Assembly (NCBI GenBank): GCA_021156165.1
Contig: JAJNBM010000004.1
Location: 1 to 59,736 of the forward strand
Source: Gammaproteobacteria bacterium
GTDB taxonomy: Bacteria > Pseudomonadota > Gammaproteobacteria > UBA1113
Reading direction: 5' to 3'
DNA: 59,736 nt
Shown here piece by piece: positions 18,646-28,790 of the stretch; the first letter of the stretch is position 1, and each line of letters begins with the position of its first letter. The notes below the pieces were generated by a model. It ran no database searches. It saw nothing but the letters and a program-made list of their open reading frames with translations, and was not told the origin of the DNA. A program made the translations under genes and the position numbers.

Positions 18646-19129
18646 TCCACAACTGCAACAATGCCCATGCCATTAGTCCTGCGGCGACGTCATCGGCCAT
18701 CACGCCCCAACCACCGGGCAAATGTTTTTGCAGCCAGTTGATAGGCCAGGGTTTGAAAATATCCAAAATACGAAAGAGGATAAAACCAGCGATCAGCACA
18801 TCTAATCTAAACGGCGCATGACACAGCGTAATCCACATGCCCACCATCTCATCCCACACGATGCTGCTGGGATCTTTTTTACGAAATGCTTTTTCAGAAT
18901 AACCACACAGTGCTACGCCTATAGCAAAAGCGATAACTAACAACAACCCATATTGCCATAAGGGTAATTTACTCAACACATAAAAAAAGGGAATGGCGAT
19001 AAGGCTACCCCACGTGCCGGGCATGCGTGGCAACAAGCCGCTGCCCAAACCGCAGCTTAAATAGTGCAATGGGTTTGATAATACCAATCGGATTATTTGT
19101 TTTTGGCTTAGGGGTTGTTTATCTGTCAT
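18635..19129 (-). CDS. pgpA: phosphatidylglycerophosphatase A
   Basis: GSGL...PGTWGS, DPSSIVWDE..G, FRILDIFKPWP, GVMADD. Confidence 0.95.
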   Translation of the reverse strand: MTDKQPLSQKQIIRLVLSNPLHYLSCGLGSGLLPRMPGTWGSLIAIPFFYVLSKLPLWQYGLLLVIAFAIGVALCGYSEKAFRKKDPSSIVWDEMVGMWITLCHAPFRLDVLIAGFILFRILDIFKPWPINWLQKHLPGGWGVMADDVAAGLMAWALLQLWIYS

Positions 19130-19187
19130 TCGTAACTATTCCCATTTTTTCATTAAACTCAAAAACATCCACAAAACGATAATCTGG

Positions 19188-19246
19188 CATAGGGGCAACC
19201 CCCCGTGGTTGCCCATCTAGGGCAGGCACGGGGGCCTGCCCCTACG
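19188..19246. repeat. GTAG-type REP doublet
   Basis: ATAGGGGCAACC..GGTTGCCC-ATCT-AGGGCAGGC..GCCTGCCCCTACG; a different REP remnant (GAGCCGCTCCTACA) lies at ~19283-19296. Confidence 0.85.
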
Positions 19247-19314
19247 AATACAAGCATTAGCTACCGAATACCATTGACTCACGAGCCGCTCCTACAATAG
19301 ATCTGCGTTTAGCC

Positions 19315-19788
19315 TTATTCTGATTTATCTGCTCTAGTTTGCGACGAACGCCATTCTACCGGTCTTAAGCTAGGCATCAATTTATCCAATACGGCATTGA
19401 TATACTTAAAGCTCTCTTCTGCGCCATAAATTTTTGCCAGTTCAACCGCTTCGTTGATAACGACTCGGTAAGGCGATTCGTAGCAATGGGCAAATTCATA
19501 AGTCCCTAACAGCAAAATAGAACGCTCTATGGGATCAACTTGTTCTAAAGAACGATCTGAATCTTTAGCTATAACGCCGCTTAATATATCACACAGTTTT
19601 GCGTAATGTTCTAAAACACCACTTAGAATTTTATGGAAAAATTCTACATCCATTTGTCTAGCATATTCATCGACCGTAAATTGTCGACTAATATAATTTA
19701 ATTCATTCCCCGTTAATAACCATTGATAAATGGCTTGCATGGCAAAGCGTCTAGACATGCGCCGTTTACGCGGATTAATATTTTGCAT
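19315..19788 (-). CDS. nusB: transcription antitermination factor NusB
   Basis: RR.SRR.AMQAIYQW, P..VVINEAVELAK.YG, YINAVLD. Confidence 0.95.
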   Translation of the reverse strand: MQNINPRKRRMSRRFAMQAIYQWLLTGNELNYISRQFTVDEYARQMDVEFFHKILSGVLEHYAKLCDILSGVIAKDSDRSLEQVDPIERSILLLGTYEFAHCYESPYRVVINEAVELAKIYGAEESFKYINAVLDKLMPSLRPVEWRSSQTRADKSE

Positions 19789-19795
19789 TGTTTAC

Positions 19796-20254
19796 CTACC
19801 CTTCTCTATGTTTTAATTTTTGTATCTCTTTACGAAATGCCTCTAAATCTTCAAAAGATTTATACACTGAAGCAAAACGCACATATGCGACTTCATCTAA
19901 TAACAGTAATTCTTCCATAACCCATTCTCCGATTAAAGAAGACTGCACTTCACGCTCGGCTACAGCGCGCAAGCGGCTCAAAATATGGTGGATGGCTGCT
20001 TCGATTGCATCTGTAGCCACAGCGCGTTTTTCCAAGGATTTTAAAATACCCACTCTTAACTTGTTTTCGTCAAATTGACTGCGCGTACCGTCGCGTTTGA
20101 TAATACGTGGCCACGATAACTCTACCACTTCAAAAGTCGTGAATCGTTCATTGCAGGATAAACATTCCCGCCTGCGCCGAATTTGATCCCCCGTGACCAC
20201 CAAGCGCGAGTCAATCACCTTTGTTTCTTGAAAATGGCAAAATGGACAATACAT
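19796..20254 (-). CDS. nrdR: transcriptional regulator NrdR
   Basis: MYCPFC, VIDSR, RRRRECxxC, ATP cone, [10 protein letters not shown]. Confidence 0.97.
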   Translation of the reverse strand: MYCPFCHFQETKVIDSRLVVTGDQIRRRRECLSCNERFTTFEVVELSWPRIIKRDGTRSQFDENKLRVGILKSLEKRAVATDAIEAAIHHILSRLRAVAEREVQSSLIGEWVMEELLLLDEVAYVRFASVYKSFEDLEAFRKEIQKLKHREG

Positions 20255-20283
20255 CGTAAAACTACCTACTCCTGGATACGTCC

Positions 20284-21534
20284 TTATTGATAAACCGGAA
20301 AACGTTGACACAATTGTAACACTTCTGTGCGAACTTGTTGCAATACGCGCTCATCACTGATATTTTCCAACACGCGCTGTATCCACTCGGCTAAAAGGCG
20401 CATCTCGGCTTCTTTAAAACCGCGCGTCGTTGCTGCGGGCGTACCCAAACGCAAGCCGCTGGTGACAAAAGGCGAGCGCGTTTCATGCGGAACTGTATTT
20501 TTATTGACCGTGATGTTGGCCTTCCCTAAAGCTTCTTCCGCATCTTTGCCCGTATAAGGTTTATCCAGTAAGCTTAACAAGAATAAGTGGTTATCGGTAC
20601 CCCCAGAGACAATGTTAAAACCCTTTTCCATCAGTAGAGATGCCAAAATTCGCGCATTTTTAACCACCTGCTGTTGATACGCCTTAAATTCGGGTTGTAA
20701 GGCTTCTTTAAATGCCACAGCCTTAGCAGCAATAACGTGCATTAAAGGCCCACCTTGCATCCCTGGAAAAACAACTGAATTCAGCTTTTTCTCAATTTCC
20801 GGATTCGATTTGGCTAAAATTAAACCACCGCGCGGTCCGCGTAAGGTCTTATGAGTAGTTGAAGTAGTGACATCCGCGATGGCAACCGGAGAAGGATATA
20901 CGCCCGCCGCAACCAATCCGGCTACATGCGCCATATCGACTACAAAATATGCATCAATGCGATCGGCAATTTCTCGAAAAATAGACCAATCTACGCTGCG
21001 TGAATAAGCCGAAAACCCCGCTAAAATCATTTTAGGCTTGTGTTCTAAGGCTAAGGCTTCAACCTGTTTATAATCTATGTAGCCTTTTTCATCCAAGCCA
21101 TAAGAAATAGGACGATATAATTTGCCGGAAAAATTGACTTTAGAACCATGCGTTAAATGCCCACCTTGCGATAAGTCCATACCCAAAAAGGTATCACCCG
21201 GCTCCATTAAGGCCATATACACCGCGGCATTGGCTTGAGAGCCTGAATGCGGTTGCACATTGGCATAAGCGGCTCCAAACAATTCTTTGACGCGATGAAT
21301 GGCAATACTCTCGGCAACATCTACATATTCGCAACCACCATAATAGCGCTTACCCGGATAACCTTCAGCATATTTATTGGTTAATTGCGACCCTTGCGCT
21401 TCTAATACTGCCGGACTGACATAATTTTCAGAGGCGATTAATTCTATATGCTCTTCTTGCCTACGTTCTTCGGCGGCAACAGCCTGATATAATTCTGGAT
21501 CGACCTCGGCTAACGAGGAATGTTTATTAAACAT
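20284..21534 (-). CDS. glyA: serine hydroxymethyltransferase
   Basis: [28 protein letters not shown]. Confidence 0.98.
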   Translation of the reverse strand: MFNKHSSLAEVDPELYQAVAAEERRQEEHIELIASENYVSPAVLEAQGSQLTNKYAEGYPGKRYYGGCEYVDVAESIAIHRVKELFGAAYANVQPHSGSQANAAVYMALMEPGDTFLGMDLSQGGHLTHGSKVNFSGKLYRPISYGLDEKGYIDYKQVEALALEHKPKMILAGFSAYSRSVDWSIFREIADRIDAYFVVDMAHVAGLVAAGVYPSPVAIADVTTSTTHKTLRGPRGGLILAKSNPEIEKKLNSVVFPGMQGGPLMHVIAAKAVAFKEALQPEFKAYQQQVVKNARILASLLMEKGFNIVSGGTDNHLFLLSLLDKPYTGKDAEEALGKANITVNKNTVPHETRSPFVTSGLRLGTPAATTRGFKEAEMRLLAEWIQRVLENISDERVLQQVRTEVLQLCQRFPVYQ

Positions 21535-21705
21535 GCTGATTCCTTAGAAATAGGCTTAATGAGAACATAATTGTACAATAAAGGTAAGGAAAAAGCGAGC
21601 CGAAAAATCAGTAAGAGTCAAAAATTATTGTGAAATCAAAATGATAGAGACCTTGCGCGCTATCGCCGTCGCGAAGAAAGGCCCTATAGAATAGACCAGA
21701 AACAC

Positions 21706-21903
21706 CTAAGATGGGCGTTTCCCCAATGCCTTTTCTATTTTTTTATCGGTTTTATATTGACTTAATGCGTACACCGACCATAGAGCTGCAGGGATCCAGC
21801 CAATCAATGTAATTTGTAATAACAAGCAACAAATACCAGCTAGAGGCCTGCCTATGGTGAAGAATTGTACGAATGGTAGAAATATGGCTAATAGTAATCT
21901 CAT
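21706..21903 (-). CDS. YqaE/Pmp3 family small membrane protein
   Basis: MRLLLAIFLP...LIGWIPAALW; GGAAG SD. Confidence 0.85.
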   Translation of the reverse strand: MRLLLAIFLPFVQFFTIGRPLAGICCLLLQITLIGWIPAALWSVYALSQYKTDKKIEKALGKRPS

Positions 21904-22028
21904 TGAGCAACTTCCTCCGCAAATAAGACAATGATACCATTCCATATGCTCATTTTAAATATCTCACATTGCTTTTCACACGCCAATCGGTTATCTTATG
22001 CACAATCCAACTTTGAAGAGGTCCCCCT

Positions 22029-23705
22029 GTGGCACAATACATCTACAACATGCGCGGCGTCAGTAAAATCGTTCCACCCAATCGCACTATTTTAAAAGAC
22101 ATTTATCTTTCCTTTTATCCAGGCGCTAAAATCGGCGTATTGGGTTTAAATGGCTCGGGCAAATCGACACTATTACGGATTTTGGCCGGCATCGATCGTG
22201 AATTTGAAGGCGAAGCCAAAGCCAATCCCGGCACGCGTATCGGTTATTTACCTCAAGAGCCGCAGTTAGACCCTACCAAAACCGTACGCGGCAATGTAGA
22301 GCTGGCCGTTGCTGAAACGCTGCAACTATTACAACAATTCAACGACATCAGCCTACGTTTTGGTGAGCCTTTAAGCGATGACGAAATGAATACGCTATTG
22401 GAAGAGCAAGGTAATTTGCAAAATAAAATCGACGCTGTGAATGGTTGGGATATAGAACGCACTTTAGAATTAGCCGCTGATGCACTGCGTTTACCCGCTT
22501 GGGATGCCAATATCAATCAGCTTTCGGGCGGTGAAAAACGTCGTATCGCTTTATGTCAATTGTTATTATCTTCACCCGATATGTTGCTGTTAGACGAACC
22601 GACTAACCACCTCGATGCAGAAAGTGTCGCTTGGTTAGAGCATTTCTTACAAAGTTACAAAGGCACTGTCATCGCTGTTACCCACGATCGCTATTTCTTA
22701 GATAACGTCGCTGGCTGGATCTTAGAATTAGACCGCGGAGCAGGTATTCCTTTTGAGGGCAATTATTCTTCGTGGCTAGAACAAAAAGAACAACGCTTAG
22801 CGCAAGAAGAACGTCAAGAAAAATCGCATCAAAAAGCCTTGGCGGCAGAATTGGAATGGGTACGCGCTAATCCTAAGGGCAAACGCACTAAAAACAAGGC
22901 TCGTTTAGCACGTTTTGAAGAAATGAATTCTAAAGAGTTTCAACAACGTAATGAAACTCAAGAAATTTATATTCCGCCAGGACAACGTTTGGGTGACGTC
23001 GTCATTGAAGCCAATAAGCTCCATAAAACCTTCGATGGCCGTATTTTATTTCAAGATCTGTCTTTCAGCTTACCTAAAGGTGGCATCTTGGGCATTATTG
23101 GTGCCAATGGTGCGGGTAAATCTACTTTATTAAAATTAATTACTGGACAAGAAAAACCGGATAGCGGCAGTTTGCGTATCGGTGAAACGGTGCAGTTGTC
23201 GTATGTAGATCAATCGCGCGATACATTGAATGCGAAGAAAACTGTGTGGGAAGAGTTATCCGATGGCCTCGATCAAATCATTGTCGGCAGTTATCAAGTT
23301 CCCTCACGCGCTTATTTAGGCCGTTTCAATTTTAAGGGAAGCGACCAACAGAAATATATAGGCGATCTGTCTGGCGGTGAAAGAAACCGCGTGCATTTGG
23401 CAAAAATGTTAAAAAGTGGTGGCAATGTTTTATTATTAGATGAACCTACCAACGACTTAGACGTAGAAACCCTGCGTGCCTTAGAAGAAGCCTTGCTGAC
23501 ATTCCCAGGCTCTGCGGTAATCGTCTCGCACGATCGCTGGTTTCTAGATCGTGTCGCAACGCATATACTGGCCTTTGAAGACGACGGCAGCGCCACTTGG
23601 TTTGAAGGCAGCTTTAGCGAATATGAAGAAGATAAGATCAAACGTTTAGGGACCGATGCACTGCTTCCTAAGCGCATCAAACAACGCGTCGCCATGATGA
23701 ATTAA
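22029..23705 (+). CDS. ettA: ABC-F translational throttle EttA
   Basis: two ABC domains, [30 protein letters not shown] linker. Confidence 0.96.
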   Translation: MAQYIYNMRGVSKIVPPNRTILKDIYLSFYPGAKIGVLGLNGSGKSTLLRILAGIDREFEGEAKANPGTRIGYLPQEPQLDPTKTVRGNVELAVAETLQLLQQFNDISLRFGEPLSDDEMNTLLEEQGNLQNKIDAVNGWDIERTLELAADALRLPAWDANINQLSGGEKRRIALCQLLLSSPDMLLLDEPTNHLDAESVAWLEHFLQSYKGTVIAVTHDRYFLDNVAGWILELDRGAGIPFEGNYSSWLEQKEQRLAQEERQEKSHQKALAAELEWVRANPKGKRTKNKARLARFEEMNSKEFQQRNETQEIYIPPGQRLGDVVIEANKLHKTFDGRILFQDLSFSLPKGGILGIIGANGAGKSTLLKLITGQEKPDSGSLRIGETVQLSYVDQSRDTLNAKKTVWEELSDGLDQIIVGSYQVPSRAYLGRFNFKGSDQQKYIGDLSGGERNRVHLAKMLKSGGNVLLLDEPTNDLDVETLRALEEALLTFPGSAVIVSHDRWFLDRVATHILAFEDDGSATWFEGSFSEYEEDKIKRLGTDALLPKRIKQRVAMMN

Positions 23706-23710
23706 GCGAC

Positions 23711-24031
23711 ATGAATAAGCAAACTATTGCTTTGGTAGTGCAATGCCCGCCGGATCAAAGCAGTAGCCTCTGTGCATTTCGGTTGGCGCAAACGATAGTT
23801 TCTAGTAATGATGCAACCCTGAGCGGTATTTTTTTTTACGGCGACGGCGCTTATCATGCGCTCCGTCCTGTGTTAGATTGGAGCGCGTTGCAGGTAGATT
23901 TGGGCGTTTGCGTAGCGAGCTTGCAGCGCCGTGGAGGCGAAGAGGCGGTAGTAGGTAGTTTTAACAGTGTAGGTTTAGGATATTTGGCAGCGTTGTACCA
24001 GCAGAATAATAAGGTGATTGTTTTGGGGTGA
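23711..24031 (+). CDS. tusD: sulfur relay protein TusD/DsrE
   Basis: IFFYGDG and VCVASLQRRG with the catalytic Cys; first gene of tusDCBE. Confidence 0.8.
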   Translation: MNKQTIALVVQCPPDQSSSLCAFRLAQTIVSSNDATLSGIFFYGDGAYHALRPVLDWSALQVDLGVCVASLQRRGGEEAVVGSFNSVGLGYLAALYQQNNKVIVLG

Positions 24032-24052
24032 GGGTTGGGTTACATGTTAATC

Positions 24053-24082
24053 CCTGGATTGCTTCGCAAGCTCGCAATGACA
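24053..24082. repeat. half copy of RPE-like palindrome (CTGGATTGCTTCGCAAGCTCGCAATGAC)
   Basis: identical to the right arm at 35333-35360. Confidence 0.85.
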
Positions 24083-24117
24083 GGGATCCTCGTTAATGAC
24101 AGATTCTGGGAAACAGT

Positions 24118-24459
24118 ATGAACCACAACATCGTTTGTATTAAACAAAGCGCTCGTAATGAACAACATGAATATGAATGTTTAGATCTCATCATGGCGCT
24201 GGCAAGCTTTGATTATCGCATACAGCTCATTTTTTACGGCGATGGCGTCTATTCCTTATTCGATACCCATACCGAATCCACTTATAACAAACGTTTACAA
24301 GCATTGCCGCTGTTCGACGTTAACGACATTTGGGTAGATGAAGCTAGTTTAAATACGCGGCAATGGAATGTGTCGCACTTACCCGATCTGGCTAAGCCTA
24401 TCGCATCGACAGAGTTAAAAGCTTTATTAAATAACAGTCTGGCGGTTTATACGTTATGA
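24118..24459 (+). CDS. tusC: sulfur relay protein TusC/DsrF
   Basis: E.LD..MALASFD, FYGDGVY, SL..R; operon position. Confidence 0.8.
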   Translation: MNHNIVCIKQSARNEQHEYECLDLIMALASFDYRIQLIFYGDGVYSLFDTHTESTYNKRLQALPLFDVNDIWVDEASLNTRQWNVSHLPDLAKPIASTELKALLNNSLAVYTL

Positions 24460-24722
24460 GTATATTGTATCTATGGCAAAAACCAAACTGGCATGATTTT
24501 CCCAGCGCGGTATTCGATGCTACCGATGCTTGCATTTTAATAGGCGATGGTGTTTTTGCAGCGGTGTTGCAGGAAGAAAAACCTACCCTACCCTGCCCGC
24601 TCTTTATCTTGGCAGAAGATTTAGATACAAGAAAAATTTCATCGTCGCTCAATGCAACGATAATCGATGAGGCACAATGGCTACGCTTGATCTTAGCGCA
24701 CAGCAAAGTAGTGAGTTTTTGA
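24456..24722 (+). CDS. tusB: sulfur relay protein TusB/DsrH
   Basis: D...LIGDGV, L.EDL..R; operon position. Confidence 0.75.
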   Translation: MSILYLWQKPNWHDFPSAVFDATDACILIGDGVFAAVLQEEKPTLPCPLFILAEDLDTRKISSSLNATIIDEAQWLRLILAHSKVVSF

Positions 24723-25030
24723 TGATAGCGTTTACCCAAGAAGGTTATTTGGAAGATCCTAGTCTGTGGACAGAAATCCTCGCCATAGAAATAGCACAAC
24801 AAGAAGGAATAGAATTAACGTCACACCATTGGCAAATTTTACATGCGCTACGCCAGTTCTATCAGCAATATGCCCTGCTGCCCACTATGCGCGTTTTTTT
24901 AAAATACTTGCGTCAGGAATTAAAATTAAGCGATATAGACAGCGCGCAATTATATGCGTTATTTCCTAAAGGGCCTATTTTACAGGGTACTAAAATTGCA
25001 GGGCTAGCTAAGCCTAAACATTGTATTTGA
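24722..25030 (+). CDS. tusE: sulfur relay protein TusE/DsrC
   Basis: EGYL, LT..HW, LFPKGP, KIAGLAKP.HCI C-terminus; TGATG coupling to tusB. Confidence 0.92.
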   Translation: MIAFTQEGYLEDPSLWTEILAIEIAQQEGIELTSHHWQILHALRQFYQQYALLPTMRVFLKYLRQELKLSDIDSAQLYALFPKGPILQGTKIAGLAKPKHCI

Positions 25031-25690
25031 TTAGGTGAGGTCCATCACGATAGACAGTGTGCCCGTGCTAGCGCCTTGAGTATATTGACACACCGCCGCG
25101 CCTTGGGCTGTTTTTGTTATTGTATTACCGTCTTTGTCTTTCCCCACCGCCGTTACCCCTCCCCCAGTAGGATTAGTAAGGGTATAAGTTCCATATTTAT
25201 GGGTAACACCGTTCAACGTTACCGTTCCCGGAGAAGGCAAAGGTAACATGCTGGACAATTGTGTCGCTAAAGTACCGCAAATTCCGCCAGCCTTATTTTT
25301 AAAAGTAGATGTCGCACTCGTTTTAACAGGTACATTGTAAAAGCTAATACCGAGGTAATTGCCGCTGGTAGATACGACCAAAGAATTAGGTTGTATGGAC
25401 CAAGGGTTCACCGTATCAGAAGCCGCTAACAATCCCGCCGCTTGTAAATCGGCCAAAGGAACTTTGCCTGAGGTATAGTTAGGCGTTTGTGCGTAAGCAC
25501 GCACCGCATTGCCTATATCCCTTGTTATATTAATGGTGGCTACCATATTGGCATTACTATTGGCGGTTTGAAAATAAATCACAACCGCCATAATAACAAC
25601 AACCCCTACCGCCAACGCCAGCACCGTTTCCAGCAAGGTTAACCCTTTTTGTTTACAACGCATGGCTACTGTCATTGGCGAATTGTTCAC
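25031..25690 (-). CDS. type IV (IVb-like) prepilin, subtype B copy 2
   Basis: class III signal KQKG|LTLLE, hydrophobic helix, NPWS, two mature Cys; paralog of 27636-28229. Confidence 0.88.
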   Translation of the reverse strand: MNNSPMTVAMRCKQKGLTLLETVLALAVGVVVIMAVVIYFQTANSNANMVATINITRDIGNAVRAYAQTPNYTSGKVPLADLQAAGLLAASDTVNPWSIQPNSLVVSTSGNYLGISFYNVPVKTSATSTFKNKAGGICGTLATQLSSMLPLPSPGTVTLNGVTHKYGTYTLTNPTGGGVTAVGKDKDGNTITKTAQGAAVCQYTQGASTGTLSIVMDLT

Positions 25691-25709
25691 GATTTTTCCC
25701 TACCTCGGT

Positions 25710-26237
25710 TTAAAGATTACGCGTAATTTCACACAGTCCGCCGGTCGTTTTACCATCGACTGTTTGCTCTACATCACCAGTTGCAGCACCCTGCGATGCA
25801 TTAGCAACTGCCAAACAAAGAGCATCGTCATACCCAAGGCTACTAATAGTAATTGCGATCGTACCAGGTGAACCTTTATTAGTGCCCGTGCTTGCCGCCA
25901 CAGTTGCCGTGTAGTTACCCCCCCAAGGATCGCTCATTGGAGTTGGCAGATAACCCACTCCCTGCAACACACCGATAGCATCCGTCGCTGGCGCTTCTGG
26001 AGTAATTAAAGCGTTTAAAGCAGCTGATCCAGGCGCAATGTAATTGTCAGCTGCCGCCACAATAGTATTTATATCTGTCGTCGCCTTACTGGTATTCTGG
26101 CTATTCTTGGTCGAGGTATAAAATATAACCGCGGCAATCACGATCAACGCACCCACCGCTATCGCAAACATGGTTTCTAATAACGTTATACCCGCCATTT
26201 TGCTAATCGGTTTTCTCATCAACATTTGTTTCATCAC
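25710..26237 (-). CDS. type IV (IVb-like) prepilin, subtype A copy 2
   Basis: leader MKQMLMRKPISKMAG|ITLLE, DPWGG, C-terminal Cys pair. Confidence 0.88.
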   Translation of the reverse strand: MMKQMLMRKPISKMAGITLLETMFAIAVGALIVIAAVIFYTSTKNSQNTSKATTDINTIVAAADNYIAPGSAALNALITPEAPATDAIGVLQGVGYLPTPMSDPWGGNYTATVAASTGTNKGSPGTIAITISSLGYDDALCLAVANASQGAATGDVEQTVDGKTTGGLCEITRNL

Positions 26238-26354
26238 ATTATCTCCTCAAAAAATTAAAAAAACTAAAACACTTAAAAAAAAACTATTTTTCCCTTCGGC
26301 TTCAACCCCCCACATTCGGCTAAACTCTAAACCATTAGCAGAACCTTGATCTGC

Positions 26355-26374
26355 CGTAGGGGGTTGCCCCTACG
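26355..26374. repeat. collapsed REP doublet
   Basis: CGTAGGGGGTTGCCCCTACG, the two outer ends of the doublet with the centre deleted. Confidence 0.65.
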
Positions 26375-26468
26375 AATCCACTGTTGGCAGCAGAAAAAAC
26401 CTTTACCAAATCGATCTGTTTATCCTTCTCTTACCAACCCTTTCCCTTAACCGAATACCATTACCACC

Positions 26469-26972
26469 TTACAGGGTAAACACAAAACTACAGCCCGTAG
26501 TACCCGCAGTAGCCGTACCCCCAAGCGCTTGCTCAATAGCAACACAACTCTTATCCGGAGTGTCACCCGTAGGTGAGCCTAGGCTGACTATCGTGATAGT
26601 CGTTGTAGGGGTTGCGGTGCTCGTGCCTGCAGTCATTACCGCTTTGTACTCCTGCCCCCACGGATCACTCATGGGACTAGGCAAGTAATCCGCGCCTTGT
26701 AACACCGACACCGTATTAGCATTATCCGCGGTTAGGTCACTCAGCCCCCCCATTACCATATAGGTATGCGTTTGCCCCACAATGGTGTTGAGATCCTTTA
26801 CAGCCTTCGTGATATTGGCACTTTGTTTGCTTGAAGCGTAAAACGCAACCGCAGCCACCAATACCAGCGCACTAATGGCCAAGGCAAACAGGGTTTCCAA
26901 TAAAGTTAAACCCTTCATATGCCAGCCTGATTTTCTGGTTAAGATTGCGGGCATTACGCCTCTCCATTTCAT
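26469..26972 (-). CDS. type IV (IVb-like) prepilin, subtype C copy 2
   Basis: HMKG|LTLLE, DPWGQ, Cys pair; likely start ATG 26954 (GGAGAGG SD). Confidence 0.88.
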   Translation of the reverse strand: MKWRGVMPAILTRKSGWHMKGLTLLETLFALAISALVLVAAVAFYASSKQSANITKAVKDLNTIVGQTHTYMVMGGLSDLTADNANTVSVLQGADYLPSPMSDPWGQEYKAVMTAGTSTATPTTTITIVSLGSPTGDTPDKSCVAIEQALGGTATAGTTGCSFVFTL

Positions 26973-27053
26973 TTTTCAACATTGGTGCACAGTATATTAT
27001 GCCCCATAACGGACTTTATTAAGACTATCTTAATAGCGCGTTATTTACCCCAT

Positions 27054-27572
27054 TCAAGGAAATCGATAGTTAAAAGCACAATCATAACCTGCAGTCGCGG
27101 GCTCAGTTGCCAATCCACCACTAGCCTGGGCTGCTTTCCATATCGCTTGACATCGGCCATCGCCTGCGCTGGGGTTGTCCTGATTTACCTTATTTAACCC
27201 CGGGATAGCAATAGTGATATACCCAGAGTACTTAGTCAATGAAACAACATAAGGCTGTCCCCAGGGAGTATTCAAGGGATCGGGTAAAAAACCGGCGTCT
27301 TGTACCGCTTGTAATTGGGCTTCACTGCTTAAGGTTGTATCAAATTTATAACCGCTGGCTAGATAAGACTTATACCCTGCTCTAATAGCATTTAGGTCGG
27401 TCATCGTTTGGCTCACATTGGCGCTTTGTCTAATGGATTTATAGACTATCACCACAGCAATCAATACAAAAGCACCGACTGCCAGCGCAAACATCGTTTC
27501 CAAGAGCGTTAAGCCCTTCATTTGAGTTGTAGGTCGATTAATTACCATTTCAGCCACCGTTCTATTTGCCAA
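27054..27572 (-). CDS. type IV (IVb-like) prepilin, subtype C copy 1
   Basis: QMKG|LTLLE, TPWGQ, Cys pair; start uncertain. Confidence 0.88.
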   Translation of the reverse strand: MANRTVAEMVINRPTTQMKGLTLLETMFALAVGAFVLIAVVIVYKSIRQSANVSQTMTDLNAIRAGYKSYLASGYKFDTTLSSEAQLQAVQDAGFLPDPLNTPWGQPYVVSLTKYSGYITIAIPGLNKVNQDNPSAGDGRCQAIWKAAQASGGLATEPATAGYDCAFNYRFP

Positions 27573-27635
27573 AGTTTGAGCACATCATAGAACATAGGAT
27601 GGCAATACGTCAATTCAGGTAAGGCTTTTCTCTTT

Positions 27636-28229
27636 TTAGCTGAGATCCATAATGATAGCTAGAGGCCCGCCCGAAGTACCTTGGCACACAGCAGCAGCAT
27701 TGCCAGAGGGGATTGGGCACGTCGTACCACCACAGGCTGTCGTGGGCCAAGTTCCCGTCATAGCTGTACTCGTAATGTTGTAGGTAACGCCATTCAGCGT
27801 GGCGGACCCCGGAGCAGGTAACGGTAAAGAACTAGACAACTGTTGAGCTAAATTAGCACAGATGCCACTATTACTCGCCGCGCCCGGCACAGAATTAAAA
27901 TAAATTCCCATGTAATTACCACTCGTAAACACAGTGGGCGAAGTAGAGCTGGACCACGGATTAACCCTATCATTAGCAGTTAACAGACCCTGAGATTGTA
28001 AGGTAGACAAACTAATTGAACCGGGTGCATAACTAGACGTTTGTGCGTAAGTACGCACCGCATCGCTTATATTACCTACTGTTTTTATGGTAGCGGCTAT
28101 ATTAGAACTGTTCTGGATGCTTCTGAAAAAAAGTAAGATACCACCGACAATTATGATAGCTACCGCCAATGCCAGTAACGTTTCTAGCAGGGTTAAACCT
28201 TTTTGCTTATAACTCGATGTTACTGACAT
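27636..28229 (-). CDS. type IV (IVb-like) prepilin, subtype B copy 1
   Basis: KQKG|LTLLE, NPWS, four Cys; AAGGAG SD. Confidence 0.88.
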   Translation of the reverse strand: MSVTSSYKQKGLTLLETLLALAVAIIIVGGILLFFRSIQNSSNIAATIKTVGNISDAVRTYAQTSSYAPGSISLSTLQSQGLLTANDRVNPWSSSTSPTVFTSGNYMGIYFNSVPGAASNSGICANLAQQLSSSLPLPAPGSATLNGVTYNITSTAMTGTWPTTACGGTTCPIPSGNAAAVCQGTSGGPLAIIMDLS

Positions 28230-28250
28230 TGTCGATAGTCTCCTTAAGAC

Positions 28251-28697
28251 CTATAGCGGATAGGTAAACTTACAAGTAGCACCCGCCGTAACTGTAGCTG
28301 CTGTACCCACCAAACCAGTTATTGCTGTGCAATTCTTATCACCGGTACCACCTATACCACCAACGGTGATCTCAACTGTTCCGTTTGCAGTTCCGGCAAT
28401 CGTATAGGCCGAACCCCAAGGACTATTGAACGGGTTTGCTATAAAACCTCCATTTGCAAGTGTAGTATCTGTAGCCCCACTTGCTGAATTGCCAGCCGCT
28501 ATATACGATTGTACAGAAGCAACTATAGTAGTCATATCATTCACTACTTTATGGGCATTAGCGTTTGTTTTAGCCAGTATAAAGGCTGCAATTATCCCCG
28601 CCACCACTAGAAAACTAATAACTAGTGCAAGCAGCACTTCCATCATCGTAAAACCCTCCATATTACTGAAAGGTTTTCTTATTAACATTTTCTTCAT
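28251..28697 (-). CDS. type IV (IVb-like) prepilin, subtype A copy 1 (candidate major pilin)
   Basis: leader MKKMLIRKPFSNMEG|FTMME, SPWGS, Cys pair; AGGAG SD with U-rich upstream tract. Confidence 0.88.
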   Translation of the reverse strand: MKKMLIRKPFSNMEGFTMMEVLLALVISFLVVAGIIAAFILAKTNANAHKVVNDMTTIVASVQSYIAAGNSASGATDTTLANGGFIANPFNSPWGSAYTIAGTANGTVEITVGGIGGTGDKNCTAITGLVGTAATVTAGATCKFTYPL

Positions 28698-28790
28698 TTC
28701 ATTCTCTCCTAAAATTAAAAAAACACACGAAATCTTTTCATACGTCCTACTGGTAGTATAGCTTAAAAAACCAGTATAGCCAGGTTGCCC

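Noticed and set aside
23711-25030. Dissimilatory sulfur oxidation (dsrEFHC)
   Set aside because: No dsrAB nearby and TusE has only the single C-terminal Cys, which fits tRNA 2-thiolation
25031-28697. Shufflon or silent-cassette antigenic variation system
   Set aside because: All six genes are full length and co-oriented with their own signal peptides; no recombinase or inverted recombination sites are visible
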